The notes beneath the pieces are model-generated. The model did no database searches and was not told where the DNA came from. It was given only the letters and a program-made list of their open reading frames with translations. A stretch of DNA of 45,327 nt from an uncultured Actinomycetes bacterium (GTDB taxonomy: Bacteria > Actinomycetota > UBA4738 > HRBIN12), in NCBI GenBank assembly GCA_963704885.1, contig CAVPIB010000002.1, positions 1 to 45,327 of the forward strand, in the 5' to 3' direction. Positions 30,932 through 40,000 of this stretch are shown here, in pieces (the first letter of the stretch is position 1; each line of letters begins with the position of its first letter). Both the position numbers and the translations under genes were made by a program.

Positions 30932-32872
30932 TCATCGCGAAGCCTCACGGATCTCGTCTAACGCGTGCGGGTTCTCGATGCTCGACAGGTCTCCCGGATC
31001 CTCGCCGATCGCGGCCGCGCGAATCGCCCGACGCACGATCTTCGCGGAGCGGGTCCTGGGGAGCTCGACGACGAAGAGGACCTTCGATGGCGCGAAAGCC
31101 TTACCGAGCTTGTCGGCCACGATCCCGCGGAGCTCGGCGGCAAGTTTCTCGGTCCGGTCCTCGCCGGGCCTCACCACGACGAAGCACCAGATGACCTCGC
31201 CTTTCACGTCGTGAGGAACGCCTACCGCCGCCGACTCGACAACGGCGGGGTGCGACGCCAGGGCGCTCTCGACCTCGGCCGGGCCGAGGCGCTTGCCGGC
31301 GATGTTCAGCGTGTCATCCGACCGGCCGTGCAAGAACCAGAACCCGTCCTCGTCGATGCTCGCCCAGTCGCCGTGAACCCAGACGCCGGGGAACCGACGC
31401 CAGTAGATGTCCAGGTAGCGCTCGTCGTCGCCCCAGATCCCCCGGGTCATGGCCGGCCACGGCTGCTTGCAGACCAGCTCTCCGAGCTGGCCCGGGGACA
31501 TCGGCGTTCCATCAGGTCCCCAGACGTCCACGTCCATCCCGAGTGCCGGTCCGCGGAGCGTGCATGACTTGAGCTCTGTGATCGGGAGCGGCGAGAGGAA
31601 GCACGCGCCGACCTCGGTGCCGCCGGACAGGTTGATGATCGGGAGTCGTCCCCCACCGACCTCCTCGAACAGCCAGCGGTACGGCTCGGGGTTCCACGCT
31701 TCGCCAGTGGAGGCCAGGATGCGGAGTGAAGAGACATCGTGCGCTCGAACGTGCTCGGCGCCCGATGGGATCAGCGCGCGGATCAACGTGGGCGAAACCC
31801 CGAGCACGGTCACGCCGTGCCGCTCGACGGTGGCCCACAGTCGATCGGGGCCGGGGAAGTTAGGCGCACCCTCGGTGAGCAGGACCGTGGAACCCAGAGC
31901 GAGCGCGCCCACGATCTCCCACGGGCCTAGGATCCAGCCCAGGTCGGTCACCCAGTGCAGCACGTCGCCGGGGCGCACGTCCACCTGGTAGGCGACCTCC
32001 TCCGCGATCTTCACCAGGAAACCAGCGTGGACATGCAGCGCTCCCTTGGGCTTGCCGGTGGTTCCGCTGGTGTAGCCGATGAACAACGGGTGTTCGCTCG
32101 CGAGCGGCTCGGTGTCGAAGCGACCCGGCTGCGCGGCGAGCAGCTTCTCCCAGCGGACGTCGCGTGCCTTGTTCCACAGCGCGCCTGCATCATCTAGTCT
32201 GTTCCAGACTAGTACGTGACGAACACAGCCCGCCTGCTCGACCGCCTGATCCGCGATCTCCTTCATCGGCACTTTGCGGCCGTGGCGTAGCGAGCCGTCG
32301 GCCGTGATCAGGACCTTCGCGTTCGCATCGGACAGGCGCGCGGCGACCGCCTCGTGGCCGAACCCGCTGAAGATCGGGACCCAGATGGCGCCGATCTTCG
32401 AGCACGCCATGACCGCGGCCACCGTCTCGATCGCCATGGGCATGAAGATGCCGACCGTGTCTCGCTGCTCCACCCCAAGGGACCGCAGGCCGTGGGCCAG
32501 GCGGTCGGTCAGCTCGCGGAGCTCGCGGTAGCTGACGCGGCGAACCTCGCCGTCCTCGCCCTCCCAGATGACCGCCACCGCCTCGGGCGTGCGCTCGGCC
32601 CACATATCCACGCATTGGCTCGCCACGTTGATCGTGCCGCCCTCGAACCACGTGGCCCACTCGACGCCTCGCGACGTGTCCAGCACCCGGTCGAAGGTCC
32701 TGAGGAACGAGATCCCCAGGTCATGCACGACGGCGTCCCAGAACCACTCGATGTCGCCCACGGAGCGGGCTACCAGCTCGTCGTAGGTCTCGATCCCGTG
32801 GGCGCGCATGAAACGGGTGATGTTGGCCCGCTCGATGACCTCGGGCGGCGGCGCCCACACCACGTCCTTCAC
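30932..32872 (-). CDS. AMP-forming acetyl-CoA-synthetase-like acyl-CoA ligase
   Basis: 'YTSGTTGKPKG', 'DLGWI', 'SGGTE', 'GRSDDTLNIAGKRLGPAEVE', 'LPRTRSAKI'; start GTG 32872 inferred from a leaderless -10. Confidence 0.93.
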   Translation of the reverse strand: MKDVVWAPPPEVIERANITRFMRAHGIETYDELVARSVGDIEWFWDAVVHDLGISFLRTFDRVLDTSRGVEWATWFEGGTINVASQCVDMWAERTPEAVAVIWEGEDGEVRRVSYRELRELTDRLAHGLRSLGVEQRDTVGIFMPMAIETVAAVMACSKIGAIWVPIFSGFGHEAVAARLSDANAKVLITADGSLRHGRKVPMKEIADQAVEQAGCVRHVLVWNRLDDAGALWNKARDVRWEKLLAAQPGRFDTEPLASEHPLFIGYTSGTTGKPKGALHVHAGFLVKIAEEVAYQVDVRPGDVLHWVTDLGWILGPWEIVGALALGSTVLLTEGAPNFPGPDRLWATVERHGVTVLGVSPTLIRALIPSGAEHVRAHDVSSLRILASTGEAWNPEPYRWLFEEVGGGRLPIINLSGGTEVGACFLSPLPITELKSCTLRGPALGMDVDVWGPDGTPMSPGQLGELVCKQPWPAMTRGIWGDDERYLDIYWRRFPGVWVHGDWASIDEDGFWFLHGRSDDTLNIAGKRLGPAEVESALASHPAVVESAAVGVPHDVKGEVIWCFVVVRPGEDRTEKLAAELRGIVADKLGKAFAPSKVLFVVELPRTRSAKIVRRAIRAAAIGEDPGDLSSIENPHALDEIREASR

Positions 32873-32895
32873 GCGGACACGGTATAACCGTAGGG
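32873..32895. promoter_or_regulatory. 23-bp divergent promoter region containing the palindrome ACGGT-ATA-ACCGT
   Basis: Minus strand: TACCGT 6 nt before GTG 32872. Plus strand: TATAAC 7 nt before ATG 32896. Confidence 0.5.
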
Positions 32896-33963
32896 ATGGA
32901 GTCGCGAGTCGGGGTGGTCGGGGTCGGCTGGTCCGGCTTCTCCCCCACCACACCCGGCGCCTCCTACAAGGAGCTCATGTTCGAGGCGGCGCGGACCGCC
33001 TACGCGGACGCGGGCATCGATCCCCGCAAGGACGTCGACTCGTTCGTGTGCGCCTCCGAGGACTTCGAGGAGGGCACCAGCATCTTCGACGAGTACGTGC
33101 CCGATCAGCTGGGCGCCGTGCAGCGGCCGGTCCAGACCGTTGCCTCGGACGGGCTGTTCGCGATCGCGACGGCCGTGATGTTGATCCGGTCGGGCATCGC
33201 TAATACCGTGGTGGTGGAGGCGCACTCGAAGGCCTCGGACGTGGTCTCGCACGGCAGGATCGAGCGCTTCGCGCTCGATCCGGTGTTGAATCGCCCGCTG
33301 GGCGTCTCGGCGCTCGCGGTCGCGGGGTTGGAGATGCGTCGCTACCTCCACGAGTCCGGCCGCACCGTGGAGGAGTGCATGGAGGTCGCGGAGCGCAACC
33401 GCGAGCATGCGCGATCGAACCCGCGGGCCTCGTACGCGGAGCCTCCGCACGCGACCATGCTCTTCGATCCGCTGTCCGCAGACCAGTCCGCGCGGAGCGC
33501 GGACGGGTGCGTGGTGGTGGTGCTGGCGGGGGACGCTCGCGGCGAAGCCGCGAGCGTCCACGTCGACGGCGTCGGCTGGAGCCAGGACGCGCCCAGCCTG
33601 GAGTCGCGCTCATGGGGCGAGGCGGTGGCGGCCCGGCGCGCGGGCGAGATGGCGTTCTCCCAGGCGGGGGGCGGCCCGCGCGACGCGGATCACGCCGAGG
33701 TGGACGACACGTTCGCGTACAAGCAGCTGCAGCACCTGGACGCCCTGGGGCTGAGCGGCCTGAACGGCGCGCGCGTGAACCGCTCCGGCGGCGCGCTCGG
33801 CGAGGGCTACCTCCACGAGGCGAACGGCCTCGCGCGCTTCCTCGGCAGCGTTGAACAGCTCCGCGCCGGCGAGGGACACGTTGGCGTGGTGCAGTCCTGG
33901 CGAGGCGTACCAAGCTCATCGGCCGCGGTCGCAGTGCTGAGCGGCGCGGGAGCGAGCCGATGA
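32896..33963 (+). CDS. Thiolase-fold protein (SCP2/Ltp type; resembles archaeal thiolase-like proteins)
   Basis: 'RVGVVGVGW...KELMFEAA', 'VVVEAHSK', 'ADGCVVVVL', 'AEVDDTFAYKQL', 'VNRSGGALGEG'; no Cys at the nucleophile position ('QTVASDG'). Confidence 0.88.
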   Translation: MESRVGVVGVGWSGFSPTTPGASYKELMFEAARTAYADAGIDPRKDVDSFVCASEDFEEGTSIFDEYVPDQLGAVQRPVQTVASDGLFAIATAVMLIRSGIANTVVVEAHSKASDVVSHGRIERFALDPVLNRPLGVSALAVAGLEMRRYLHESGRTVEECMEVAERNREHARSNPRASYAEPPHATMLFDPLSADQSARSADGCVVVVLAGDARGEAASVHVDGVGWSQDAPSLESRSWGEAVAARRAGEMAFSQAGGGPRDADHAEVDDTFAYKQLQHLDALGLSGLNGARVNRSGGALGEGYLHEANGLARFLGSVEQLRAGEGHVGVVQSWRGVPSSSAAVAVLSGAGASR

Positions 33964-34316
33964 TCGGCCCGGCGGACCTCGTCTACCTGTTCGTCGCCGA
34001 CATGGACCGCGCGGTGGCTTTCTACCGCGACACCCTGGGACTTGAGCTCGACTACCGGTCGGGCGACGAGTGGGCGCAGCTCGCAGCAGGACCCATCCGG
34101 CTGGGTCTGCACGGCACCGGATCGGTCGCCGCACGCCCCGGGGGGACGATCGCGTTCACCGTTGCTGACCTGGACTCGTCGAGGATCAACCTCGCGTCGC
34201 ACGGCGTCGCGATCGGACACGAGGGCGGCGGCGAAGGACGCGGTCCGCGGTTCGTGGAGTTCGCCGATCCCGACGGCAACGTGCTCGCGTTGTTCGAGTA
34301 CGAGGAGCACGCGTGA
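33960..34316 (+). CDS. VOC/glyoxalase-family protein
   Basis: 'VADMDRAVAFYRDTLGL', 'IAFTVADLD', 'FADPDGNVLAL'; overlaps both neighbours by 4 bp. Confidence 0.9.
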   Translation: MIGPADLVYLFVADMDRAVAFYRDTLGLELDYRSGDEWAQLAAGPIRLGLHGTGSVAARPGGTIAFTVADLDSSRINLASHGVAIGHEGGGEGRGPRFVEFADPDGNVLALFEYEEHA

Positions 34317-36010
34317 CCGGCCGTCGCGTCGCGGTGATCGGCGCCGGCATGACCAAGTTCGTGCGGCGAGCGCAGGAGACGGGCAAAGAGCTCTCGTGGC
34401 AGGCGGCGAGCGCGGCGCTCCGGTCGTGCGAGCTCTCGCTCGCCGACGTGGACATCGTCTGCAGCGGCACGGCTCCCGACGCGTTCGACGGAGTGCATCG
34501 CAAGGGCGACTACCTGGCCGACGGGTGTGGCGCCGTGGGCAAGCCGTACATCCGCACCTACGTTGGCGGCGGCACCGGCGTGTTCGCGCCCATCCAGGGG
34601 TGGTACACGATCGCGTCAGGCATGGCAGACGTGGCGCTCGTGGTGTGCGAGGAGAAGATGTCGTCCTGCCAGCCGCACCCGCAGGGCGCGTTCCTGACCA
34701 TCTTCGACAACATCATCGAACGTCCGCTGGAACCCAACCTGCTCTGGATCTTCGCGCTCGAGATGAACCGCTACATGAACGCGTACGGGCTGGACAAGCG
34801 CGACATCGCGGCCGTCGCCGTGAAGAACAAGCGGAACGCGGCCGGCCATCCCGCGGCGCTGCTCGGCCAGGAAGACATCACGGTGGAGGACGTGCTGGCC
34901 TCCGAGGTGCTCGCGTGGCCGGTGCAGCGGCTGGACGTCTCGCCGATCAGCGACGGCGCGGTGGCGATCGTGATGGCGTCCGAGGACGTCGCCCGTCGAC
35001 TCAGCCCCGCCCCCGTGTGGGTGGAGGGCGTCGGCTGGAACCTAGACACCAGCTACTGGACCAACCGCGATCTGGTCTACCCCCAGTACGTGGAGAACGC
35101 CGCGCGCATGGCCTACGACATGGCCGGCATCACCGAGCCGCGCAAGCAGATCCACATCGCCGAGCCCTACGACCCCTTCGACTACAAGGAATTGCACCAC
35201 CTGGAAGGGCTGATGCTCTTCGACAAGGGCAAGGCCCCCGAGGCCGCGCGCGACGGCGTGACCGCGCGCGACGGCGACCTTCCGTGCTGCCCGTCCGGCG
35301 GGCTGCTCGGCGTCGGCAATCCGATCGCCGCCGCCGGCCTGATGAAGATCGCGGAGCTCTTCTGGCAGCTGCGCGGCGAGGCAGGCGCTCGGCAAGTGCC
35401 CGGGACGCCCGAGCGCGGCGTCGCGCAGGCGTGGGGCGACCTGATGCAGGTGGGAACGGTCGTGGTGATGGGCGTCGACGAGCACGGCGGCGGCACCGGC
35501 GCCGCGCCGACGCTGCCTGCCAGCCATCCGCTGTCGGACGCCGAGTTCCACGGCGCGGTCGGCGCGGTCGACGACACGCTCGACGTCGCCTACGAGTGGG
35601 ATGCCGGCGAGGCGATGGGCGCGTTCCTGGAAGGGCTCCGCGACGGGCGCATCGTGGCCACGTCCTGCACGCAGTGCGAGGGCACGCTGGTGCCGCCCCG
35701 CAAGTTCTGCGAACGCTGCTTCCGGCCAACCGATCGCTGGACCGAGGTCGCGGCGACGGGGGTCGTGGAGACGTTCTCGATCTGCCACGTGTCCTGGGAC
35801 ATGCGCGACCTCGACCCACCCGAGATCCCCGCCGTTATCCGCCTGAACGGCGCGACCGACGGCGGTTTCCTGCACAAGCTCGCCGACGTCGCGCCCGACG
35901 ACGTGCGGATCGGCATGCCGGTAGAGGCCGTATGGCGCCCGCTCGCCGACCGCACCGGCTCGATCCTGGATATCGCGCACTTCCGACCCGTCACCGAAGG
36001 AGGCGCGTGA
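34313..36010 (+). CDS. Thiolase-fold protein fused to a C-terminal DUF35 (Zn-ribbon + OB-fold) domain
   Basis: 'RVAVIGAGMTKF', 'EEKMS', 'SPISDGA', 'EPYDPF', 'PSGGLLGVGNP'; then 'CTQC..TLVPPRKFCERC', 'GVVETF', 'VRIGMPVEAVW'. Confidence 0.92.
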   Translation: MTGRRVAVIGAGMTKFVRRAQETGKELSWQAASAALRSCELSLADVDIVCSGTAPDAFDGVHRKGDYLADGCGAVGKPYIRTYVGGGTGVFAPIQGWYTIASGMADVALVVCEEKMSSCQPHPQGAFLTIFDNIIERPLEPNLLWIFALEMNRYMNAYGLDKRDIAAVAVKNKRNAAGHPAALLGQEDITVEDVLASEVLAWPVQRLDVSPISDGAVAIVMASEDVARRLSPAPVWVEGVGWNLDTSYWTNRDLVYPQYVENAARMAYDMAGITEPRKQIHIAEPYDPFDYKELHHLEGLMLFDKGKAPEAARDGVTARDGDLPCCPSGGLLGVGNPIAAAGLMKIAELFWQLRGEAGARQVPGTPERGVAQAWGDLMQVGTVVVMGVDEHGGGTGAAPTLPASHPLSDAEFHGAVGAVDDTLDVAYEWDAGEAMGAFLEGLRDGRIVATSCTQCEGTLVPPRKFCERCFRPTDRWTEVAATGVVETFSICHVSWDMRDLDPPEIPAVIRLNGATDGGFLHKLADVAPDDVRIGMPVEAVWRPLADRTGSILDIAHFRPVTEGGA

Positions 36011-36441
36011 TGGCGCGCACCGTCCACGGCGAGCTCCCGGTCGCGTTCCACTACACGCCGGGGCTGGGTAACACCGCGTTCTTCGAAGCGCTCCGCGACC
36101 GGGGCGTGTTACTCGGATGCCGCTGCGAGGCGTGCGAGTACACGTATCTCCCAGCCCGAGTCTTCTGCGAACGCTGCTTCGCCGAGCTAACGGCCGACAC
36201 CGAGTGCGGTCCCGGTGGAACACTCGAGTCGTTCACGGTGTGCCACGTCGACATCGACGGTGAGTCGATGGAGGAGCCGGTGATACTAGGACTCGTCAAG
36301 TTGGACGGCGCGGACACGATGTTGATGCATCGTTTGGTCGGCAACGGCATATGGGAGATCGGTGCGAGGGTCCGCGCAGTGGTGAAGTCCGAACGCGCTG
36401 GATCCATCCTCGATGTCGAGGGCTTCATGACGCCGACTTAG
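36010..36441 (+). CDS. DUF35 Zn-ribbon OB-fold protein
   Basis: 'CEAC..TYLPARVFCERC', 'GTLESFT', 'LVKLDGADT', 'IGARVRAV'; 1-bp TGA/ATG overlap with the previous gene. Confidence 0.92.
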   Translation: MARTVHGELPVAFHYTPGLGNTAFFEALRDRGVLLGCRCEACEYTYLPARVFCERCFAELTADTECGPGGTLESFTVCHVDIDGESMEEPVILGLVKLDGADTMLMHRLVGNGIWEIGARVRAVVKSERAGSILDVEGFMTPT

Positions 36442-36537
36442 TCCCGCCGCGGAGGGACGTCGGTACCAATGACTCAGGAGCATCGCTCGCTTGCGCGCCC
36501 AACGAATGCCCGGCCCCCGGAATCTGGTCCGCTCCTT

Positions 36538-36572
36538 GTGTGGTGAGCAGCCGCGTGTGGGTGAGCAGCCGC
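36538..36572. repeat. 17/18-bp tandem repeat in intergenic DNA
   Basis: GTGTGGTGAGCAGCCGC followed by GTGTGGGTGAGCAGCCGC. Confidence 0.8.
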
Positions 36573-36719
36573 TGACGACCTCCTCGATGGTCCCGGGTGA
36601 GTCTCCGTACGGCCGGCGAGCCGGTGATCGACTTGAATGGCAGAGAGGGAGGTGACTCTCATGCGCTGCCCTCCATACACTCACGAGCGCCCGGTCCGTC
36701 GAGGTGACAGTTAACGCCG

Positions 36720-37073
36720 TTACCCAATCACCCTAAGCTGCTCGCGACAGCTCGGACCGACCATTTCACGAAGGACCGAGCCCGGCTCTGGTGCCCGCGA
36801 TATGAGCTCAAGGAAGGAAACCGAAATGAGCTCGACAACTTCGGCGTCACCTTCTGACATGCCCCGTTCAACGAAGGCAAGAAGTTCGATGAGGCGCGTG
36901 GGCTGCCCTTCAGCCGAGCGCGAAAGCTCTGCCTCAGCCCACCGCTCGACATCGGCCAGAAGCACGTGGGGAAGGAGGCCGTCATAGAGATCCAGATGCT
37001 CCTGCAACAACTCACCCAGCCAAGGATGCAGATAGGTCATCGCACCAATGAAGGAGAACTCGCTCGCCCTCAT
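36720..37073 (-). CDS. Putative immunity protein of the RHS toxin
   Basis: 117-aa acidic, helical-looking ORF whose ATG overlaps the RHS stop (ATGA); 'LLQEHLDLYDGLLPHVLLADV', 'ELISVSFLE'. Confidence 0.8.
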   Translation of the reverse strand: MRASEFSFIGAMTYLHPWLGELLQEHLDLYDGLLPHVLLADVERWAEAELSRSAEGQPTRLIELLAFVERGMSEGDAEVVELISVSFLELISRAPEPGSVLREMVGPSCREQLRVIG

Positions 37074-40000
37074 AGTGTTAGTCCAAGAGCGTTCTGGAGG
37101 TCGTCGAGCAGTGACTGGGCGACGAGGCGATCGGCTTCGCTGAGATTGGTTTTCAAGATCGATCTGAGGGCGTTTGAGTACTGCAACGCCTTCATCGTGT
37201 GGAAGAGCCCGCCGGTGGGCTGTCCCGTGAGGATCTCGTTGCGTACGGCATCAGCCGTCGTTCCGGTGCCGACACGACCGGGGTTGGTCGTACCCCTGTA
37301 GAGGTCGTCAACCACGTTCTGGAGCCTCGGGTCAGTTACTACTGGCTTGGGCAGGATGTCATCTACAGCCGCGGTCTTCGCGGCACCGATCCCACTCAGT
37401 TTCCCGAGCCCGACTGCGGTTACAACAAGGCTGGCGCTGCCGAGGGCACAACGCCCGATCCAAGAGCCGAAGCTCTCGGTTCCATCGGATCCGAAGCAGC
37501 CTTGAAGGTACCCGTAGGCAGGGTTCAGGTGCCCGTTGTACCAATCCAACAGCCCGCCCCACGAGAACGACATCCCGCTCGGGTCGCTCATCACGGTCGG
37601 CCGTCCCCCGGCGAACGCGTAGGACGGGGTCTGGGAGGCAGGATCGTTCTCGAAGAAGCCCCCGGTCCCCGGGTCATACATGCGAGCTCTCAGGTTGTAG
37701 AAGCCGGTGGGGTCGCGGTACTCCCCGTCGAAGCCGCGGAAGTTCGCCGGTGGGGATCCGGTCTGGGTGGCGGTGCGGAAAGCTCCGTAGGGCTCGTAGG
37801 TGTATGTCCGTTGGGTCGCGCCAGCGGCGCTCGTGAGGTTCGCGACCGAGCCCATACCGTCTGACAGGAAGTAGCCGAACGCGGTGGGCGTGCCTTGGGA
37901 GATCAGGCCGTTGCCGTAGATGTAGCGGCGCAGCGTCGCCGTGGTGGACTCCACCGCGAGTTGGGGAACCGGGGCGTTCACGTCCCAGGCGTAGTTCGTG
38001 GTCGCGGCGGTTCCGACCTTGGAGGTGAGGCGGTTGCCGTCACCGTCGTAGGTGAACGTGGTGGCGACACCGCCCGAGGTGGTGGAGCGCATCCGGTTGG
38101 TGAGGTCATGGGTGAACGTGCGTGTGCCCATCGCGGAGATGTTGCCGTCGGTGCCGTAGGTGAAGATCGTGGCGCCCCCGGGTGGGGTCCCGCAGCCGGA
38201 ACCGCCCGTCGTTGATGACCAGCAGAGCTGGTTCACTGTGTTGTAGGCGTAGGTCGTTGTTGACGGGGTCGTCCCGAAGGCCTGCTTGGACGTGATGTTG
38301 CCGACCGGATCGTAGGCATAGGCGATCTTGGTGAGCCCGGTTGATGCCGAGCACGGCGTTGGCGTCGTGTCGTAGCAGACCTGCTGGAGCCGGTCGTCGT
38401 TGAGGTACGTGTAGTTGATCGTCTCCGTCGGCGTGACCACCTTCGTGGGGTTGCCCACCGCGTCCAGGGTGTAGTTGAAGCTCGAGAGCGTGACGCCGCT
38501 GCGGATGTTCGTGAGGTTGGTGAGACGGTCTGCCTTGTCGTAGGTCGCCGTAGACACGAACCCGTTCGCGTTGGGAAGCGTCTTCGTGATGGTGCCGGCC
38601 CCCACGTTGTAGGCGAACCTGGTGGAGGTCGTCGGAGCGGACCCGCACGAGGCCGTAGAGGTTCCCACGAACGCGTAGCAGAGGCGGTTGTGGCTGTCGT
38701 AGTTGTAGGAGGTCTTGGTCGCCGCGGAGTCTGGATAGGTCCTTCGGGTGAGATTCCCGGCGGCGTCGTAGATGTAGCTGAACTGGGGAGCCCCCGTCCC
38801 GGGACCGCGCTTGGCGGTGAGGAGCCGGTTCATCTTGTCGTAGGTGTAGTTCATGACGGCTGACGCGCCATCGGTCATGGTGGCCCTGTTCCCGGCGTTG
38901 TCGTAGGTGAACGAGACATTCGGGGTCGTCGGGGCGTTGCTGAAGGTGATCGAGGAGAGCCGGTCCATCTGGTCGTTGGTGCGGGTGATGGTGGCACCAG
39001 AAGGGAGCGTCTCGGTGACCTGACTGGTGGCGGGGTTGTAGAGCGAGTACTGCCACGTGTGAAGAGGATCGGTGACCAACTTCAGCTCGTTGTTGTCCCA
39101 GTACTGATAGCTCGTGATGTTGTTGTTCTGGTCCTTCACGGTGGCGATGTTCCCGTTGCCGTCGTACGTGAACGAGACCTTGCGGCCCAGCGGATCGTTG
39201 ACCTCTTGCAGGCGTCCGCCAGGGAAGTAGGTGTAGGTCGTGAGGTGCAGGTTTGCATCCTGGACTGTGTACAAGGAGCCCGTTGGCTTGTAAGCGTACG
39301 TCGTCGTCTGGATCAGCGGATCCGTCACCGTGTTCAGCTGGTTGTTCGGGTAGTAGGTGTAGTTCCAGGTGTAGTCGGCCGGGAGGTTGGGCGAGGTGTT
39401 CCCCCGTGGAGTGACCATGCTCAACCGCCAGCCCGTGTTCACGTTGTACGTGTAGCTGGTAGCACCGGAGGGCGGGGCGTTGCATGCGTTCGGGGACGTC
39501 CCCACGAAGACCCAGCAGAGGTTGCCCTGTCCGTCGTAGCGATACGTGGTGACGTTGCCCCGAGGATCGGTGACGGTCTCGAGCAGTTTCGAAGTTGGGT
39601 TGTATGTGTACAACTGCTTGTTCGCTTGCGTGGCCCCCGAGCATGTTGCGCCGGGCGCTGTTGGCAGGAGCACGCACGTGAGGTTCCCTGCCGCGTCGTA
39701 CTCGTACCTCGTGACGTTGCCACGCCCATCGGTGAAACTGGTGACCTCGCTGAAGCTGTTGTAGGTGTACGACGTGGTGTTGCTGGTGAGCGGAGGGATG
39801 ATCGTCAGCGAGGTCACGTGACCGTCCCCGGGGTCATCGTACGTGTAGTTGTAGACCCACAGCCGATTCCCGGGCCGCGTGATCTGCGTCGGGTTGTTGT
39901 GGATGTCATAGTTCGAGTACGTGGTTACGTTGTTGTTGGGGTCCGTCGAGCTGATCAACTTCCCGCCGTCATAGGAATCGATCCAGTCATGGCCGTTGTT

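Noticed and set aside
34042-36441. 799-aa ORF ending in DUF35
   Set aside because: Only 36010-36441 is credible; the rest is a stop-free shadow frame over the thiolase gene.
36538-36572. Tandem repeat as a CRISPR remnant
   Set aside because: Two adjacent copies, no spacer and no cas genes.
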